The position numbers were made by a program, and so were the translations under genes. Shown here one piece after another: positions 42,310-57,539 of a stretch of DNA of 64,000 nucleotides. Every line of letters starts with the position of its first letter. The stretch's first letter is position 1. The notes under the pieces were generated by a model. It had not been told where the DNA came from. It saw only the letters and a list, made by a program, of their open reading frames with translations, and did no database searches. This DNA comes from the human T2T-CHM13v2.0 reference genome, Homo sapiens, in NCBI RefSeq assembly GCF_009914755.1, contig NC_060933.1; one strand, written 5' to 3'.

Positions 42310-42800
42310 GTGGTGGATAAGAGTTTGCAGGTCTGGGACCCCAGGTGGGTTCCAGTTGTGTCCCACCGATTAGCAGCTACGCAGTGTGAGTAAACTCCTT
42401 AACCTATGCCTCGGTTCCTCAGCTGTAAAAATTGGGATAACAATAGTTCTTGCTTTGTAGGATCATGTGGGGATTTATTTATATGTGCATTTACACAATT
42501 ATTTTTCAGCTTCCTACGATGTGCCAAGCTCTGTACTAAGCACTGGGGATATAGCCGAGGGCAAAATCCAGCCCCCACCTCTGTATTTCCGGAGTTGTGG
42601 TCAGGGTGGAGTGGCATATATCCATCTATTAACTGCTCATGTAAAATGGACAGGTACTGCTAGGGAGTCCCCAAAGACCTGAATTCAGGGAGCCCTGGGA
42701 GTGTTTCAGGTGAGGAGAGGGGAGAGTACAGTAGGCAAGGCAGGTGAGGCGTGGTAGAGAGGTGGGGAATTCGGGAGGGGTGTGTAAGCTGCCTGCATGG
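42310..42800. mobile_element. MIR followed by L2 fragment
   Basis: cctcggttcctcagctgtaaaattgggataacaatag; atgtgccaagctctgtactaagcactggggat. Confidence 0.7.
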
Positions 42801-43088
42801 AGTTAAGTATGGCTCTGCTCCAGGAATTGCCCCTGTGAGTACTTTAGCAGGACTGCAGGCTCTTCCTAGGGGCCATAGCCATCCCCCTGAATAGGAATGG
42901 AGCTATTGGATACCTCCTGACCAACTGTGGGTCAGCAGTGACAGGCTCTAGAGGAAGGGGCTGAGGTCGAGGGTCCCAGTGGTGGGGGCACTAGGATTCT
43001 GGATGTCCCTGAATGGGTCCAGCTGCAGGAGGGTCTGGAGTGAGGTGAAGCATGAGACAGGGGCCATGCGATGGTCTGAAACTATCCT

Positions 43089-43244
43089 CAGTTGTGGTTC
43101 ATAACTTTCGGCATGTATCAGAACCACCTGCAGCTGCAGACATCTGAGCTCCATCCCTGGAGATTGGTTTATCAAGTTGGGCCAGGGCCCAGGAATCTGC
43201 ATTGTAATAAGAGCCCTGGGTTGGGGACTCCACTGAGAAGCACT
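43089..43244. mobile_element. MER5A-like
   Basis: gtggttcataacttt...cagaaccacctg...cccaggaatctgcatt...tgagaagcactg. Confidence 0.8.
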
Positions 43245-43791
43245 GCCCAACAGCAACTTGGCCTTCTGAACAAACCTGGGCCTTGTCTGGATTCCTGCAG
43301 TCTCAGATGGAGGAGCTGAGAAGTTTCTTTCAGGAAAGGATTCTTGCTATCTGGGTCCAAAAGTGCTAATATTAGCAGCCTTCCTGAACCTGAGAACATT
43401 GAGCAACTTTGAAATCCATGTAGCAGTGTGAAATGGGAATTAAGGAGCCATAGCTTGGTCCATCATTTCAATGAAGATGTGGGAAAACCTGGCCAGATGT
43501 TCCATCAGCTGTGGGAAGAGCCTAGCAGGTCCAATGAACATCTAGATCTGGCACCCACTGGTGAGAGACATTTGGAGAAAGAGGGACATTGGCAGCTTCC
43601 TTGGCACAGAAGAGTGGAGGGGCCGTTCATTCAGAGAGGGACCCAAGCCCTGGGAATTCCTGCCAGGCCTAGGGGCCCAAGAGCTGGGGTGGAGGCCTGT
43701 TCACAGGTGCAGGTCCTGGAAGAGGTGGAGGCCATGCGGAGGGAGCAGGCAGAGATGGGCAGGAGGAGTGAGGGACTCTTGATCTTGGTGA

Positions 43792-43893
43792 TCAGGTGAT
43801 CAATTACCCTGGTTTATCCTAGTTTTAGCACTGAAAGTCCCATATCCCAGGAACCCCTCAGACCAGGGCAAACCGAGATGGTTGGTCACCATA
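43792..43893. mobile_element. MER81-like hAT-Blackjack
   Basis: gttttagcactgaaagtccc...gggcaaaccgagatggttggtcacc. Confidence 0.75.
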
Positions 43894-44196
43894 CTTTACT
43901 TGGCAACAAGGGAATTGCATTCTATTGGAAGGCTCGATTTCTCAGTGGTTACAGCAGAAACTATGACCCCTAGAGCTGGATGTTGATTCTGGCTCTACCG
44001 TTACTGTGTGATCTGGGGCAAGGGTTTTAATTGCTCTTGGTTTTAGTTTCTGATATATAAAATGGGAATAATATTTCCTTCATAGGAGGATTTGGGGGAG
44101 GGGTAAAAAGGATAATGCATGTAGAACCTTAGCATAGGGCTTGGTATGTTTATTTATTTGACAAATATGTTTTGGCCACTATGACCCTATTTTCTC

Positions 44197-44377
44197 ATAT
44201 TTCATTGAATGTAAGATGCCATCAATTAATTGTATACTGAACAATGATTGGCCTACTATGAAGGAAAGAATGCTGCCCATTACACTTTGACTTATGATGG
44301 ATTGCAAGTTATATCTCAATTTCAGAGATACTAACATGTGAAAAAAAATACCCACCTTAGAATCGATGAACCAGGTA
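44197..44377. mobile_element. MER104-like Tc2 MITE
   Basis: TIR-like tatttcattgaatgtaagatg / ccttagaatcgatgaa. Confidence 0.65.
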
Positions 44378-45735
44378 CCACGTTGGGAACCTCTGGGCTA
44401 TGGTGGTGAATAAGGCCATTAAAGCCTCTGTCATTGCTCAATTTGCAGCTCAGTGCAGGCTTCTGGGTGGAGACACTTTTCCAAAAACTCCTGAGGTCTA
44501 AGTATGTCTCCTTGAAGACTGTGGCAGGTATCCTATGTTCAATTTAAAATGTCAGATGTGAGGGAGAGTTCCAGGCTGTATGGGGTGCCAGAAGAGAAAA
44601 TTCTTGGTTTACATGGTCACATGATTGCTCTGGGACCTGGGGCCAGTCAGTTGTGCTTTCTGTGTCTCTGGTGTAAACAGGGGGATTGATTCTAGCTCTG
44701 AGGCCTTCCTGGCTTCAACCTTCAGGGACTCTGTTGGGTCCCCCATGGTGGCCAAGTCCCCCTCTCCCAATTGCAGGAAGGGCTTCCTTCTGGATATATG
44801 GTCTGCCAAGGGAATGCAACTCTCCCTTGGTGAGTGCCACTCACTGCCAGACTGGGATGGGTGGGAGTGGTGCTTGGGGTGGGATAGGCAGGGGAAGCTC
44901 CAGGTGTCAGGTTACACTCCTTGCAGAGCACTGCTGGGCCTGAATGGGAGCCAGGGAGAACGTCCTGCCTTCTCCATCTTTGTTCCTACTAGTTTTTCAC
45001 AAAGGGACACATGCAGTTTTCCCCTTCATTGTGGGTTCCCTATGTGGGAAAATTCCATTTGCTAGGCCTCAGAACCAGTCCGTGGAACCATGACGGCACC
45101 TTCCCCCACCCAGTGTGCCCGATTAGCCTCCAGAGGAGGCTTCTGAAAGGTCAGCTGGTGGGGCATTTCTACCCTGTTGTGGACGATGTGAGGTCAGCAC
45201 AGACTCCAGGGAGGGCGGCCAGTTTCTACCTAGTCCTGAAAGCAGCACTAAGTTAAATGCTCGCGGGGGTGGGGCAGGAGGGTGGGAAACCCAAGGCTGA
45301 GAATACTGTTTGTTTAGAGCGTGATCCACAGAGCATCGAGGGCCCGCTTTCTGTACCTCATTATGTGAAGCCTTGAAGCCTTGTGGTGCCAGCTAAGGGG
45401 GGAAGTGCTCAGTGTGGGCCAAGGGAGGAGCTACCCCTGGGGTCCCTCCTGCTGAAAGTCTGGAGTGGTCATGGGGATGGGGGCAGAATTAGATACCTGT
45501 CCCAGGACCCTGGTTGAGGGTAGAAAGTCATTTCACGTCGGGAGGAGGCTGGGGGCTGATGCGACACTTGAAAATATATATTTATCATTTTTTTATGACT
45601 AGATAAATACTAGAAAATCTAGAAACATAGACAAAATCCAAAAGAATAAAATAAAAATCACAGCAATCCAATAATCTAGAGTCAACTTCCTTTGACATTC
45701 TGGTGTATTTTCTATTAGAATCTGTGTTCTAAACA

Positions 45736-46655
45736 CAGGCCTAGATCTTACATTTGAAGGGCCCAGGGCAAGAGTACAATTGGAGTTCCACATACCATAT
45801 GTTTAAATATTTAATATTTAAATCATTTTTTCTAAGAAAGATTTTCTTCTGAAACATTCAAAATTATCTGTCAAGACCAAAAGGCAAAACTCAAATTACA
45901 ATGAGTAAATCTTAAAAATTTAGATGAAAATTATTTCTGTAAAGCAGACATTAAAATTTTTTAAAAACGTTTGATTACATTCCATTAGGTATTAAAAATA
46001 GCAAAACTCTATGCTATTTGAATGGCCAGGATCCAGGGTCTATAGTTGTCAATGTAAAGAACTGATATACTTCATACATATTATGTCTGGACCTACACGC
46101 AGGGAAATTTAAGAGTGCAATGAATCGTTTGCTATTGCAGAATAGTCTTCAGCTGTTAGGTTCCTCTGGAACCATGAATTAGAACATGAAGAAAAGCAAG
46201 GAAATGGACACTTGGCACTGCTGGGAGACTATACTTTGTTATGTAAGAAAATGTTGCATTCCACGCTACCTGAGAGGAAGTGTTTGACAAATTAATTTGT
46301 CTATTCTCTTACATGCTTAAGCACGTCCACTGCTCAAATTTTCCCTGTACTCTGAAGCGTCGTCCATCTCTGATGTCAGCCACAGCACAGCCCACGTGGT
46401 GTTGTGGCATTGGGATTCAGTCCCTTTTGTCTCAAAGACAGAGGACAAGACCTGGAGACACATCTCCTGGGTCTTGATGATGTTAGTCCCAAGTTAATGT
46501 TTAGGGTTACGCTATGCAGCACTGAACACCAGGTCGCAAGTAACAGAAGTGACTGTCTTCATAATAACTATTTGCCTATGTGTGTTTATGAAATGCCGAA
46601 CACTTTGAATTGTGGGATCTAAGGCATGGACCACACTTACCCAGGTCTAAGGTCT
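45736..46655. mobile_element. Probable hAT-Tip100-type DNA transposon relic
   Basis: gggcccagggcaagagtacaattgg...acttacccaggtctaag; family uncertain. Confidence 0.4.
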
Positions 46656-46657
46656 AA

Positions 46658-46715
46658 GCGTGTGTGTGTGCGTGTGTGCGTGCATGTGCATGTGTGTGCG
46701 TGTGTGTGTATATAA
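46658..46715. repeat. (TG/CG/CA)n alternating purine-pyrimidine tract
   Basis: gcgtgtgtgtgtgcgtgtgtgcgtgcatgtgcatgtgtgtgcgtgtgtgtgtatata. Confidence 0.9.
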
Positions 46716-46987
46716 AACTATGTATATATTTAATTTAAAATTAATATATTTATTTTAATATTGTAAGGTCTAATTTTAAAAAATACATATATAGAAAATT
46801 AGTACTAAATAGTGAGTACCTCTGGAACCACAAATTATATTTTATATGCACAAGGAATTTTAAAATATTAGGAATGTACAATATGTATTATTTCCTCAGT
46901 TTTCTAGCATAATTTTTTTCTTTATACATATTCTTCTAAAAATTTATTTTTAATGATTATACAGTATTCCACAAAACAGATATGTCA

Positions 46988-47286
46988 TTATTTATTTATT
47001 TATTGAGACAGAGTCTCACTCTGTTGCCCTGGCTGAAGTGCAATGGTGTGACCTTGGCTCACTGCAACCTCTGCCTCCTGGGTTCAAGCGATTCTCCAGC
47101 CTTAGACTCCTGAGTAGCTGGGATTACAGGTCGCCGCCACCACGCCCGGCTAATTTTTGTATTTTTAGTAGAGATGAGGTTTCACCAGGTTGGCCAGGCT
47201 AGTCTTGAACTCCTAACCTCAAGTGATCCACCTGCCTTGGCCTCCCAAAGTGTTGAGATTGCAGGCATGAGCCACTGGGCCTGGCT
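46988..47286 (-). mobile_element. Alu (AluS) within an L1ME-like fragment
   Basis: (TTTA)n tail, dimer; TSD tgtcat.atttatt. Confidence 0.95.
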
Positions 47287-48320
47287 GTGTCATCATTTAT
47301 TAAAGCAGTCCTGTAGTGGTTGTTTCCAATTTTTATGTTGCTTCTAGTTTTTCTCTACTATCAACACCGCCACAATGAACATCCTTGTGTGCATGTAAGC
47401 TACATTTCTGGAAGTGGCATCCTCAGGTCGGAGCATATACATTGTGTATATTTAGTTGAGTCAGGGGGCAGCCCCTTTAAAAAGACCCAAGTTTCATTGA
47501 TAAGCTCTTTTATTTTTTGTTTGTTTAGAGTTGGTCCCAGGGAGACCGAAGCCTGCAGGCAGTACTAGAATTGGCCCAGGGAATGGGGTCTGGAGTTATG
47601 GATCCCAACTCTCTCTGAGCTTGGGAGAGTCCCTTCCCCTGTCTGGGCCTCACTTTCTTTATCTGTTCAAAGAAGACTCATTGGTACTGACCTAATGAGA
47701 AAAAAAAGGGAAAATAAAAGAAGAACAAAGAGGAGTCAGAGTAGGTTGCAGAGTCCTTGCAATCAGAAACGCTCTGATTCTGGGAGGGTTTGCTTGCTGG
47801 GTAAGTGGAGCCAAGCTCCAGCCTCTGGGGCTCTGTCCCTGAGACCATCCTGCCCCCTGCTGGCCAGTTGCCAAATGCCAGCTTTGTTCCTGACTCCCAC
47901 AGGGAGATTCCCCGGAAATTTGCTGGACTCCCAGCAAGTCAGTTGCCCACTGTGAAAGCAGGAGGCTACAAGAGTATGAGAAGTGAGCGCCAACATTGCT
48001 ACAATTCATTTAGCTGCTGTTTCACTTCTGGAAATTACATTCTTTGGGCTGTGCTTCCAAATGTCTCATTTCATTCATTTGTTCAGCAAATGCTTCCAAG
48101 TTCCTCCTTTGTGTCTGGGCTATGTTAGGGGGCTGGAGACACAGTGTTTGCCTGCAAAAAATGCACAGGCTAGATAGGGCCAAAGAACTGGCCATAGGTT
48201 ACTACCATACAGAGGACAGAGAGGGGCACAGAGAAAAGCCTTCAGATGTTTAATTATTAGGCTATTGCTGGGCTTTCAAACCCCTGATCCTCATCTGTCT
48301 AGATAAAGAGCATAAATAGA

Positions 48321-48724
48321 TGTATACTGGGTTGAATAGCATCCCTCCCTAACACTTGTCCACCCAGAACCTGTGAATGCAATACAGGGTCTTTGCAGAT
48401 GTAATCAAGTAAAGATGAGGTCATGCTAGTGGGCCCTAATCCAATGATGGGTGTCCTTATAAGACGAGGAGACAGAGACCCAGAGAGACATGCAGAGGGG
48501 AAGGCCATGTGAAGGCACTCATAAGTCCCAGAATGGCGGGGATTGCCAGGAACCACCAGCAATTAGAAGAGGCAAGGAAGGATTTCTCCCCTGGAGAGAC
48601 CATGGCTAGCTGACACCTTAATTTTGGACTTTGGGCCTCCAGAGATACGGGACAATACATTGATGTTGTTCTAAGCCACCCAGTTTGTGGTAATTTGTTG
48701 CAGCAGCCCTTGGAAACTAATGCA
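48321..48724 (+). mobile_element. MLT1C-like solo LTR
   Basis: gggttgaatagcatccc...gggccctaatccaatga...ctaagccacccagtttgtggtaatttgttgcagcagcc. Confidence 0.85.
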
Positions 48725-48776
48725 ACAAACTTCTTGAGGATGAAAGTTAGCAAACTGAGGAGTACTCGGAATCCAA

Positions 48777-48807
<31 letters not shown>

Positions 48808-48808
48808 T
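48777..48808. repeat. (GT)n microsatellite
   Basis: GT run. Confidence 0.95.
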
Positions 48809-49361
48809 CAGGGTGGGAGGAGCTGGAAGTTTCAAGTTACAGCTTCATCTTGGCTGAGTGGCTGTGTGTCCTTGGGTAAGTCCCTTCCTTCCCCTCTCTG
48901 GGCATTGGTTTCTTGGCCTATATAGGAAGACATTAGACTAGCCCAGTAGCCTTTGCAATTCATTCTGCTGCTGTTTCATTTCCGAAAACTGCATTCTTTG
49001 GGACCATGACAAAACCTTTTTTTGTCCTTTTTTAAAGAATCTGGACCCTTTTTTTTTCTCAAACAAAAGTAAACATATTGCCCCGCATATAAATGAGCAC
49101 AGCTAAGCTGTGCCAGGCACAGGGTTCTGGGGCTGGTGAAGTACTTTTGGGATTTCCTGACCCTTCTCCAAGAACACCAAGGTTGTGCTGGATCCTGTAC
49201 TGGCCCCTCTGGCATTCAGAAGGTGACATATGATGTCAAATAACTGTGGGTAATCCCAGAGTGAGTCCCTTTCTTCATGATTTAACAGGAAGGTTTATTT
49301 AGTCCTTGGGGTTTATGAGTTTGGGATCACAGAGCTTTTATGTGGACTCAGGAAGGGTGAG

Positions 49362-49836
49362 TGTATCAGTTTCCTGTGGCTGCTGTAACAAATGGCCACA
49401 GAGCTGGTGGCTTCAAACAACCGAAATTTATTCTCTTGTAGTTCTGGAGGCCAGAAGCCTCAAATCAGTCTCACCGGGTGGAAACGGAGGTGCTGGTGGA
49501 GCCATGCTCTCTCCACAGGCTCTAAGGGAGAGTCCTTTCCTCGTGGCTTCCAGAACCTGGCGACTGCCTGTGTTCCTGGCTTGGGGCCACATCTCTCCAA
49601 TCTCTGCTTCTGTGGCCACACTACCATTTCCTCTGCCTGTGTTACATCTCCCCCTACCTCTGTCTTATGAGGACACTTGTGACTGTATTTATCCCCTGCC
49701 CCCAGATAATCGAGGATCATCTATCTCATTTTCAATTTATCCACATCTGCAGAGTCTATTTTGCTGTATAAGGTAAGTGCACAGTCTAATCTGGGAATTA
49801 GACCCTGATACTGGGGCCATCATTCAGTGCACTGTA
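49362..49836 (-). mobile_element. MLT1C/D-like solo LTR
   Basis: tgtatcagtttcctgtggctgctgtaacaaat...gttctggaggccagaag...ggggccatcattcag. Confidence 0.85.
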
Positions 49837-50293
49837 GAAGGTGATATATCCATGGCAGAGACCAACTCTGTCAGTCTCCTCTCTTATTCTCATTACTCCC
49901 ACCCTCCCTCTCTGCCCAGGAAAGAAGCTATAGAAGGCATTTGGAACCCTTTTTTGGGTAAGGGGCGGAGGCGGGGAGGGAGGAGGCTGTGGCATTGTTT
50001 GCCGGCCAACCTCCTGGGCAGCTCCTGCTGAGCTGAGGACACAGGAAGGCAGAGCCATTCCCATGGAGAAATAGAACAAGGCCCAACCTGGCAGCCATGT
50101 CTGGAGGCAGCCCTTTGTCAAAAGTTCATCTGACCAGGGAGAGAAATTGCATACTCAGAGTTAGATCTTGTGCAAGGAGCTTCCCCATGCCATGTAATCC
50201 TCTCAAGAACCCTCTGAGACAGAGGTTATTAGGACCACTTTACAGATGAGAAAACAGGCTCTGGGAAGGAAAGTGACTTTCCAAGCTACATAG

Positions 50294-51048
<755 letters not shown>

Positions 51049-52335
51049 CTAGTGAATGGTGGTGCTGGAGACCAAAGCCAGCACTGCCTGCAGGTTTCAG
51101 AATCTGTTTGGATCTGGGTTTCTGCTGCTCTGAGCTAAGCAGCATGCTGTGAGCATGGGGTCAGAGCACTGGACTCGGGTCTAGGAGTAGATCCTTCCCT
51201 TCTCAGTGGTTCTACTGTGGGCAGGTTATTCCAGTTCTCAGAGCCTCTGTTTCCTTGTCTGTAGAGCGGGCTGAGAATCCTTGACCTAAGCCCTGGGTTA
51301 AGAAGTTCCAGGGAACACATATTCAGGAAAGCCTTTGTACGCCCACTGCCCACAGAGGAGGGGTTGTAGTTCAGGTTTTCCTGGACCAGCAAGCTGTGGG
51401 TGGTCTTCCAGGAGGAACGGTGCTGAGAACAGGGGTTGTGGGTCTGGCCCCGACAAGGTTAACAGACCCCTCCAAAGGTACCTGGCAGGCAGGGAGGTGC
51501 CTCCAAAGCAGTCTAGCTCTAGGGGACGGCCATTCAGGGTAATTCAACAGACATTCATTCACTGGGTAGCCATTCTGGGACAAGCTCTGACTGGGTGATG
51601 ATGACAAGACGTGGTGGTCTCCACTTTCAGTGACCTCTCCAAGAGAGATGGGCATGTACATAGTTGTAAGAGAAAACAGTGCAGGATCAGGCCCGGCGGA
51701 GTCATAAACAAGTACATGGGACACAGAACAGAGGCAGGGCCCGTGGGTGGGCAGTGACATTATGATCCACTATGTGGTCCGGTTTCTTCAGCTCCTCTGA
51801 TTTGTTCATCACTCTCATCCTGGGGACAGAGAAAGAATAGTTATTATTGCCATAAATAACTTTTATTGCTTTAAAATTAAAAATGTAATGGCTACCATAG
51901 AGCATGTAGAAGATGCATATAAGCAAAAAGAAGATAAAAGGCATTTACAATCCCATTGCTCAGTTATCAATCTCATTGCTCCATTGTCAATACTTTGGAG
52001 TATTTCTTTCAACTAATTTTTTTCCACAGATTTTACTCTGCACACTATTTTGTAGCCTTCTTTTTAGAAAACCTAACAACAAATAATTTTGTGTTACTAA
52101 TGGTTTTGTGAACCTATGTGTTTAACTGGATATACAATATTCCATCAGATGGTTGTATCATACTTTAACCAGCCCCTAATGATCAGATATTTGGTTTGTT
52201 TCCTTTTTTTTTTCACTATTATAAGCAGAATCTGGAATAAAATTCCTGAAATTTTTACATCTTTGTTCATGAAGTTAATTATTTCCTCCAGACAAATTCC
52301 ATATATATATATAAAATTTGAGACAGGGTTTTGTC

Positions 52336-52939
<604 letters not shown>

Positions 52940-54195
52940 TAAAGGCCAAATCTGCCCTGCACAAAAGTTGTCCTGATTTATATTTTCAGGGTTTGAGAGT
53001 GCCAGTATCTCCCCACATTCACAATGCTGGCTTATTATCACCTTTTAATCTTTGTCAATTTGATTATCAAAAAATGGTTTCTAACAGGTTTAATCTGTAT
53101 TTCTAAGATTATTGGGGATTTTGAACAGTTTTTTCTATGTTTAAGGCCATACGTATGTGTATATTTCTCCATTCTCCCATCGGTGGGTTTGTGTTTCCCT
53201 GATAGATTTGTAGGACTCTGATGCACTAGGATGGAGGACAATGCCCCCCTCCCACTTTATTGCTGAGGAGGCTGAGGTTTGATGAGGGTAAATGACTTGC
53301 CCAAGGTCGCTTGGGCCAATAAGTACTAGATGGAGATCTCAGCCCTGGGCTTTGGAGTCACTCTCTAGTACTTTGTCCACTGCGTCACACTGATAGATGA
53401 CCCTCTCCTATGGTTCTGGGGGAAAAAAATCAAGCCTGCCTTGTTTCAATTTAGTCTGGATTCTTAAAATAATCTATCCTGTAACATACAGTAGTGTTAG
53501 CAGAGAAAATATGTTCTGCCACTTATTGCTAAAGGAGCTGGAGATCCGCGGTGGGCTGTGACCCTTTAAGAGCGTGCCCTCCATGCTGATAAATCAGGCC
53601 CTGGCAGGCTGCGTGGAAGATTAGTGCTGACGGGTGTGGAGACAGTTAGTGCAATTATTAACAGGACACTGTGGCAGGGGATGAGCTGGCTCTGTGTGCA
53701 CGTGAGCACCTGGACCCCCAACCCAGGGGCCGGACTCTGAGAGCAGCCTGGACTGGAGGACTGTTCGCCAGCCCAGCCCAGCCCCAGGGATGGCTCTGCA
53801 GTGCCCATCCATCCACCCGACTCTGCTCTGTTGGTCTCATGGCCACTTGCAGTGCTGGGAGGGTAGAAAGAGCTGGATCCTGCATCTGGTGCTACATGAG
53901 TTTACGTTTGTCCATAAGCACCTCCCTGTTCCCCTCTGCCTCAGTTTCCCCACCTGTTTAACCAAAAGGTTGGACACAATAGTCTCTAAGGGTTCTTCCG
54001 AGTCCAAGTCTGCCTGCCTTCCCCATCTGTCCACCCTGGCCGTTCTTGCCTCTTGGCTGCCTGAACACCTGAGCAGACACCCACAGAATGTGCTGTTTGG
54101 TGGGACCTTACCATCTTTTCACCCATTCTCAGGCCACAAACTTTTGCAAGGTTTGCAAGGAAGACGATTTTGTCTTTCTCTATCTGGACTTATAT

Positions 54196-54807
<612 letters not shown>

Positions 54808-56482
54808 TGGACTTATTTTTTTCTTCTGAGTCATTCAGCTGCACGGCAGGAAGGCCATCTCAGAGAATTCCAAGTGGTCTCGGTTACTTTGGGTTCTCTC
54901 TTCATCCCCCTCTTCATCTGCCAGATTGTGTCTAAATTTTGGGTGGGGGTTCACTTGGTGCCTTGGCAAAAGAGAGCTGGGGGCTGCCTGTGTTTTGGAA
55001 GACACTCATCTCTGCTGTCAGCCCTTGAGACCCAGACTGCTGCTCCACCATCCCTCATTCTCAAAGCATACCTCTCCAGAGGTGAGAGCAATCTCACCCA
55101 CTTTAGAGGCTGCTAAGGGGCATGGGAGAATCCAGCTTCTCTCTTCCACGACAGGAAGCCACAGGGCTCCCAAGGCCCTCTCTGCTCAGGTACACCACAC
55201 ACAGCCGTTTCTACTCTGTCCCTCCCACACTACACTTGGCACTTGGGAACTCTGCCAGGCTTGATCCTCTGTGGGCTCCCCTGGGGAAAAGGCCCAGGAC
55301 CCTTCTACTTTAAGATTCTCCAAATCCACCTGAGATTTTTGTAATCTCTGTAACCCTGGCCTCGGCCTAGGGAAGGGCAGGGTTCAGGGCGTCTCCAGCA
55401 TCCCGCCTCTGACATGGTTCTCTCTCCCAGCCCAGCAGGTTTTAAATTTCTTTTAGCTGAAAAAACAAACAAACAAACAAGCAAAAAAACCTGACTCTGA
55501 CAAATGATGCATTGTTCCCAGTCCTTTCGTCTGATACCTTTTTTTGTTGTTCTTTTAAATCTCTCTCCGATTCTGCTGAAACAACTTGATTGCCTATTGT
55601 GCAATTTGAGTGAGGCAAGAGCAAAAGTTATAAGGAAATATGGAGGAAAACACCTCAGTGTATGGCCCAGATATTACCTGGCCCCATTAAGACGGAGGAC
55701 TGGAGGCTTGGTGAATCCATGGTGGATCTATGACTAACCCTTGGGTTACACTCTGCCTTTCTCTGGAGCCACGTTCAGATGCGAGAAATCCTGCTTTTCT
55801 TCAAGTGAAAACCATCCTTGTCCATGTGCTTTCTACCCCTCTTGCTTCTACTCTGAGGCCAGACCCTGGGCAGCCAGGGAGCTCAGGAGGGGTTGGCAGT
55901 TGCCCAGATGACCTGGCCCAAGAGGACTACTCGGTGCCACCCCTCTCTGTTACCCCTGTCCCGGCATCCTGGGACATGGGTAAGACATATGGCATGACTG
56001 CAGCCAGCCACAGAGCCGTGGAGGCCAGGTGGGGGCTGCAGTCTCCTCTCGTCAGCTTTGGTCAGCATCGCACAGTCAACTTGGAGCCCCACACTTTATT
56101 ATTTAAAAAAAACTTTTATTGCTTATATTTATTATTATACAAGTAGTGTATATTTGTTATAAGAGCCAGAAAATGAAGATAAACAAAAAGAAGAAAATAA
56201 AACTCATGTGCAATCCTAATATCAAGGGAAAACCCTTTTCAACATCTTGGGGTCCATCATTATCTCTGTATATGTCTTTTTCATTTTTAAAGAAAAGGGA
56301 TCAGACTGTACACATTATTTTTCATTTAATATAATTCTAAACTATTTTTCTACTAAATATACTTCTGCAACATTATTTCCAACAGCCATATGGTATTCTA
56401 GTAGGTGCTGAAATGGAGCAACCACCCCCTATTATTGGAAATTTAGGTATTTCTTTCTTTTTTATATATACATATATATAAT

Positions 56483-56902
56483 TTTAGAGGTGGAGTTTCG
56501 TCATGTTGCCCAAGTTGGTCTTGAAGTCCTGAGCCCAAGTGATCTGCCCACCTTGGCCTCCCAAAGTGCTGGGATTATAGGTGTGAGCCACCGCACCCAG
56601 CCTTCTTTCTTCTTCTTTTTTTTTCTTGAGACAGAGTCTCACTCTGTTGCCCAGGCTGGAGTGCGGTGGTGCAAACACAGCTCAGGCAATCCTCCTGCCT
56701 CAGCCTCCCAAGTAGCTGGGACCACAGGTGTGTAACACCATGCCCAACTAATTTTCTAAGTTTTTTTTTTTTTTTTTTTTTTTGTAGAGACAGGGTCTCA
56801 CCATGTTGCCCAGGTTGGTCTTGAACTCCTAGGATCAAGCAGTCCTCCAACCTCAGCCTCCCAAAGCACTGGGACTACAGGCGTGGGCCACCCCACCTGG
56901 CC
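56483..56902 (-). mobile_element. FLAM/Alu monomer plus internally deleted AluJ, within an L1ME-like fragment (~56095-57150)
   Basis: Monomer 56483-56602; dimer 56603-56902 with shortened right arm. Confidence 0.85.
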
Positions 56903-57503
56903 AAAAGTATTTTTAATGTTTTAATTTTATTAAACTGAACAACATAAAATTTCTAACATTTGACTGTTCTTGACTTAAAAAATGGCAACTTCATGTGATT
57001 TGACCAAACATAAATGATGCTGTGGTGAACATACTTGAGACTAATCTTTGCATAATTTTTTTCTGATTACTGACAATTACATGTCTAGGATTGCATGCCT
57101 AGAAATCCACTTGCTGAGTGAAAAGGGATGCGTGCTTTTGAAGAGACCCACACTTTAGTATACTGACCTCTTGGCGTGTGTCCAGGGCAGAGAGGAAACG
57201 GACCAGGGTGAGAAACCGTCTTAGGAGCTTGCTGTTGGAGTTGGGCTTGACCATGTCCTGGCTGCTCCCCTCACTAGGCTGTGGCCCTGGACCAGTGGCA
57301 GCACAAAGGGGGGAACTCCAGCTCTGGAGAGCCATCTGTCTGCAGGGTTTTCATAGTGAGACAACTGGTGTTTTGTTTCAGAGATATTGGTGGTTTAGCG
57401 AAGGCTCAGCCATTTCAAACTCCATCTAACTTCCACCAAGCTTCGAAACTCTGCCTGAATTTAAGATCCTCTGAGCCTTGGGATCAGAAACCCTCTTTTC
57501 CAG

Positions 57504-57539
57504 GTGACTCAGTAATAAGACGTGACTCAGTAATAAGAC
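57504..57539. repeat. Perfect 18-bp tandem duplication containing AP-1 site TGACTCA
   Basis: gtgactcagtaataagac x2. Confidence 0.95.
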
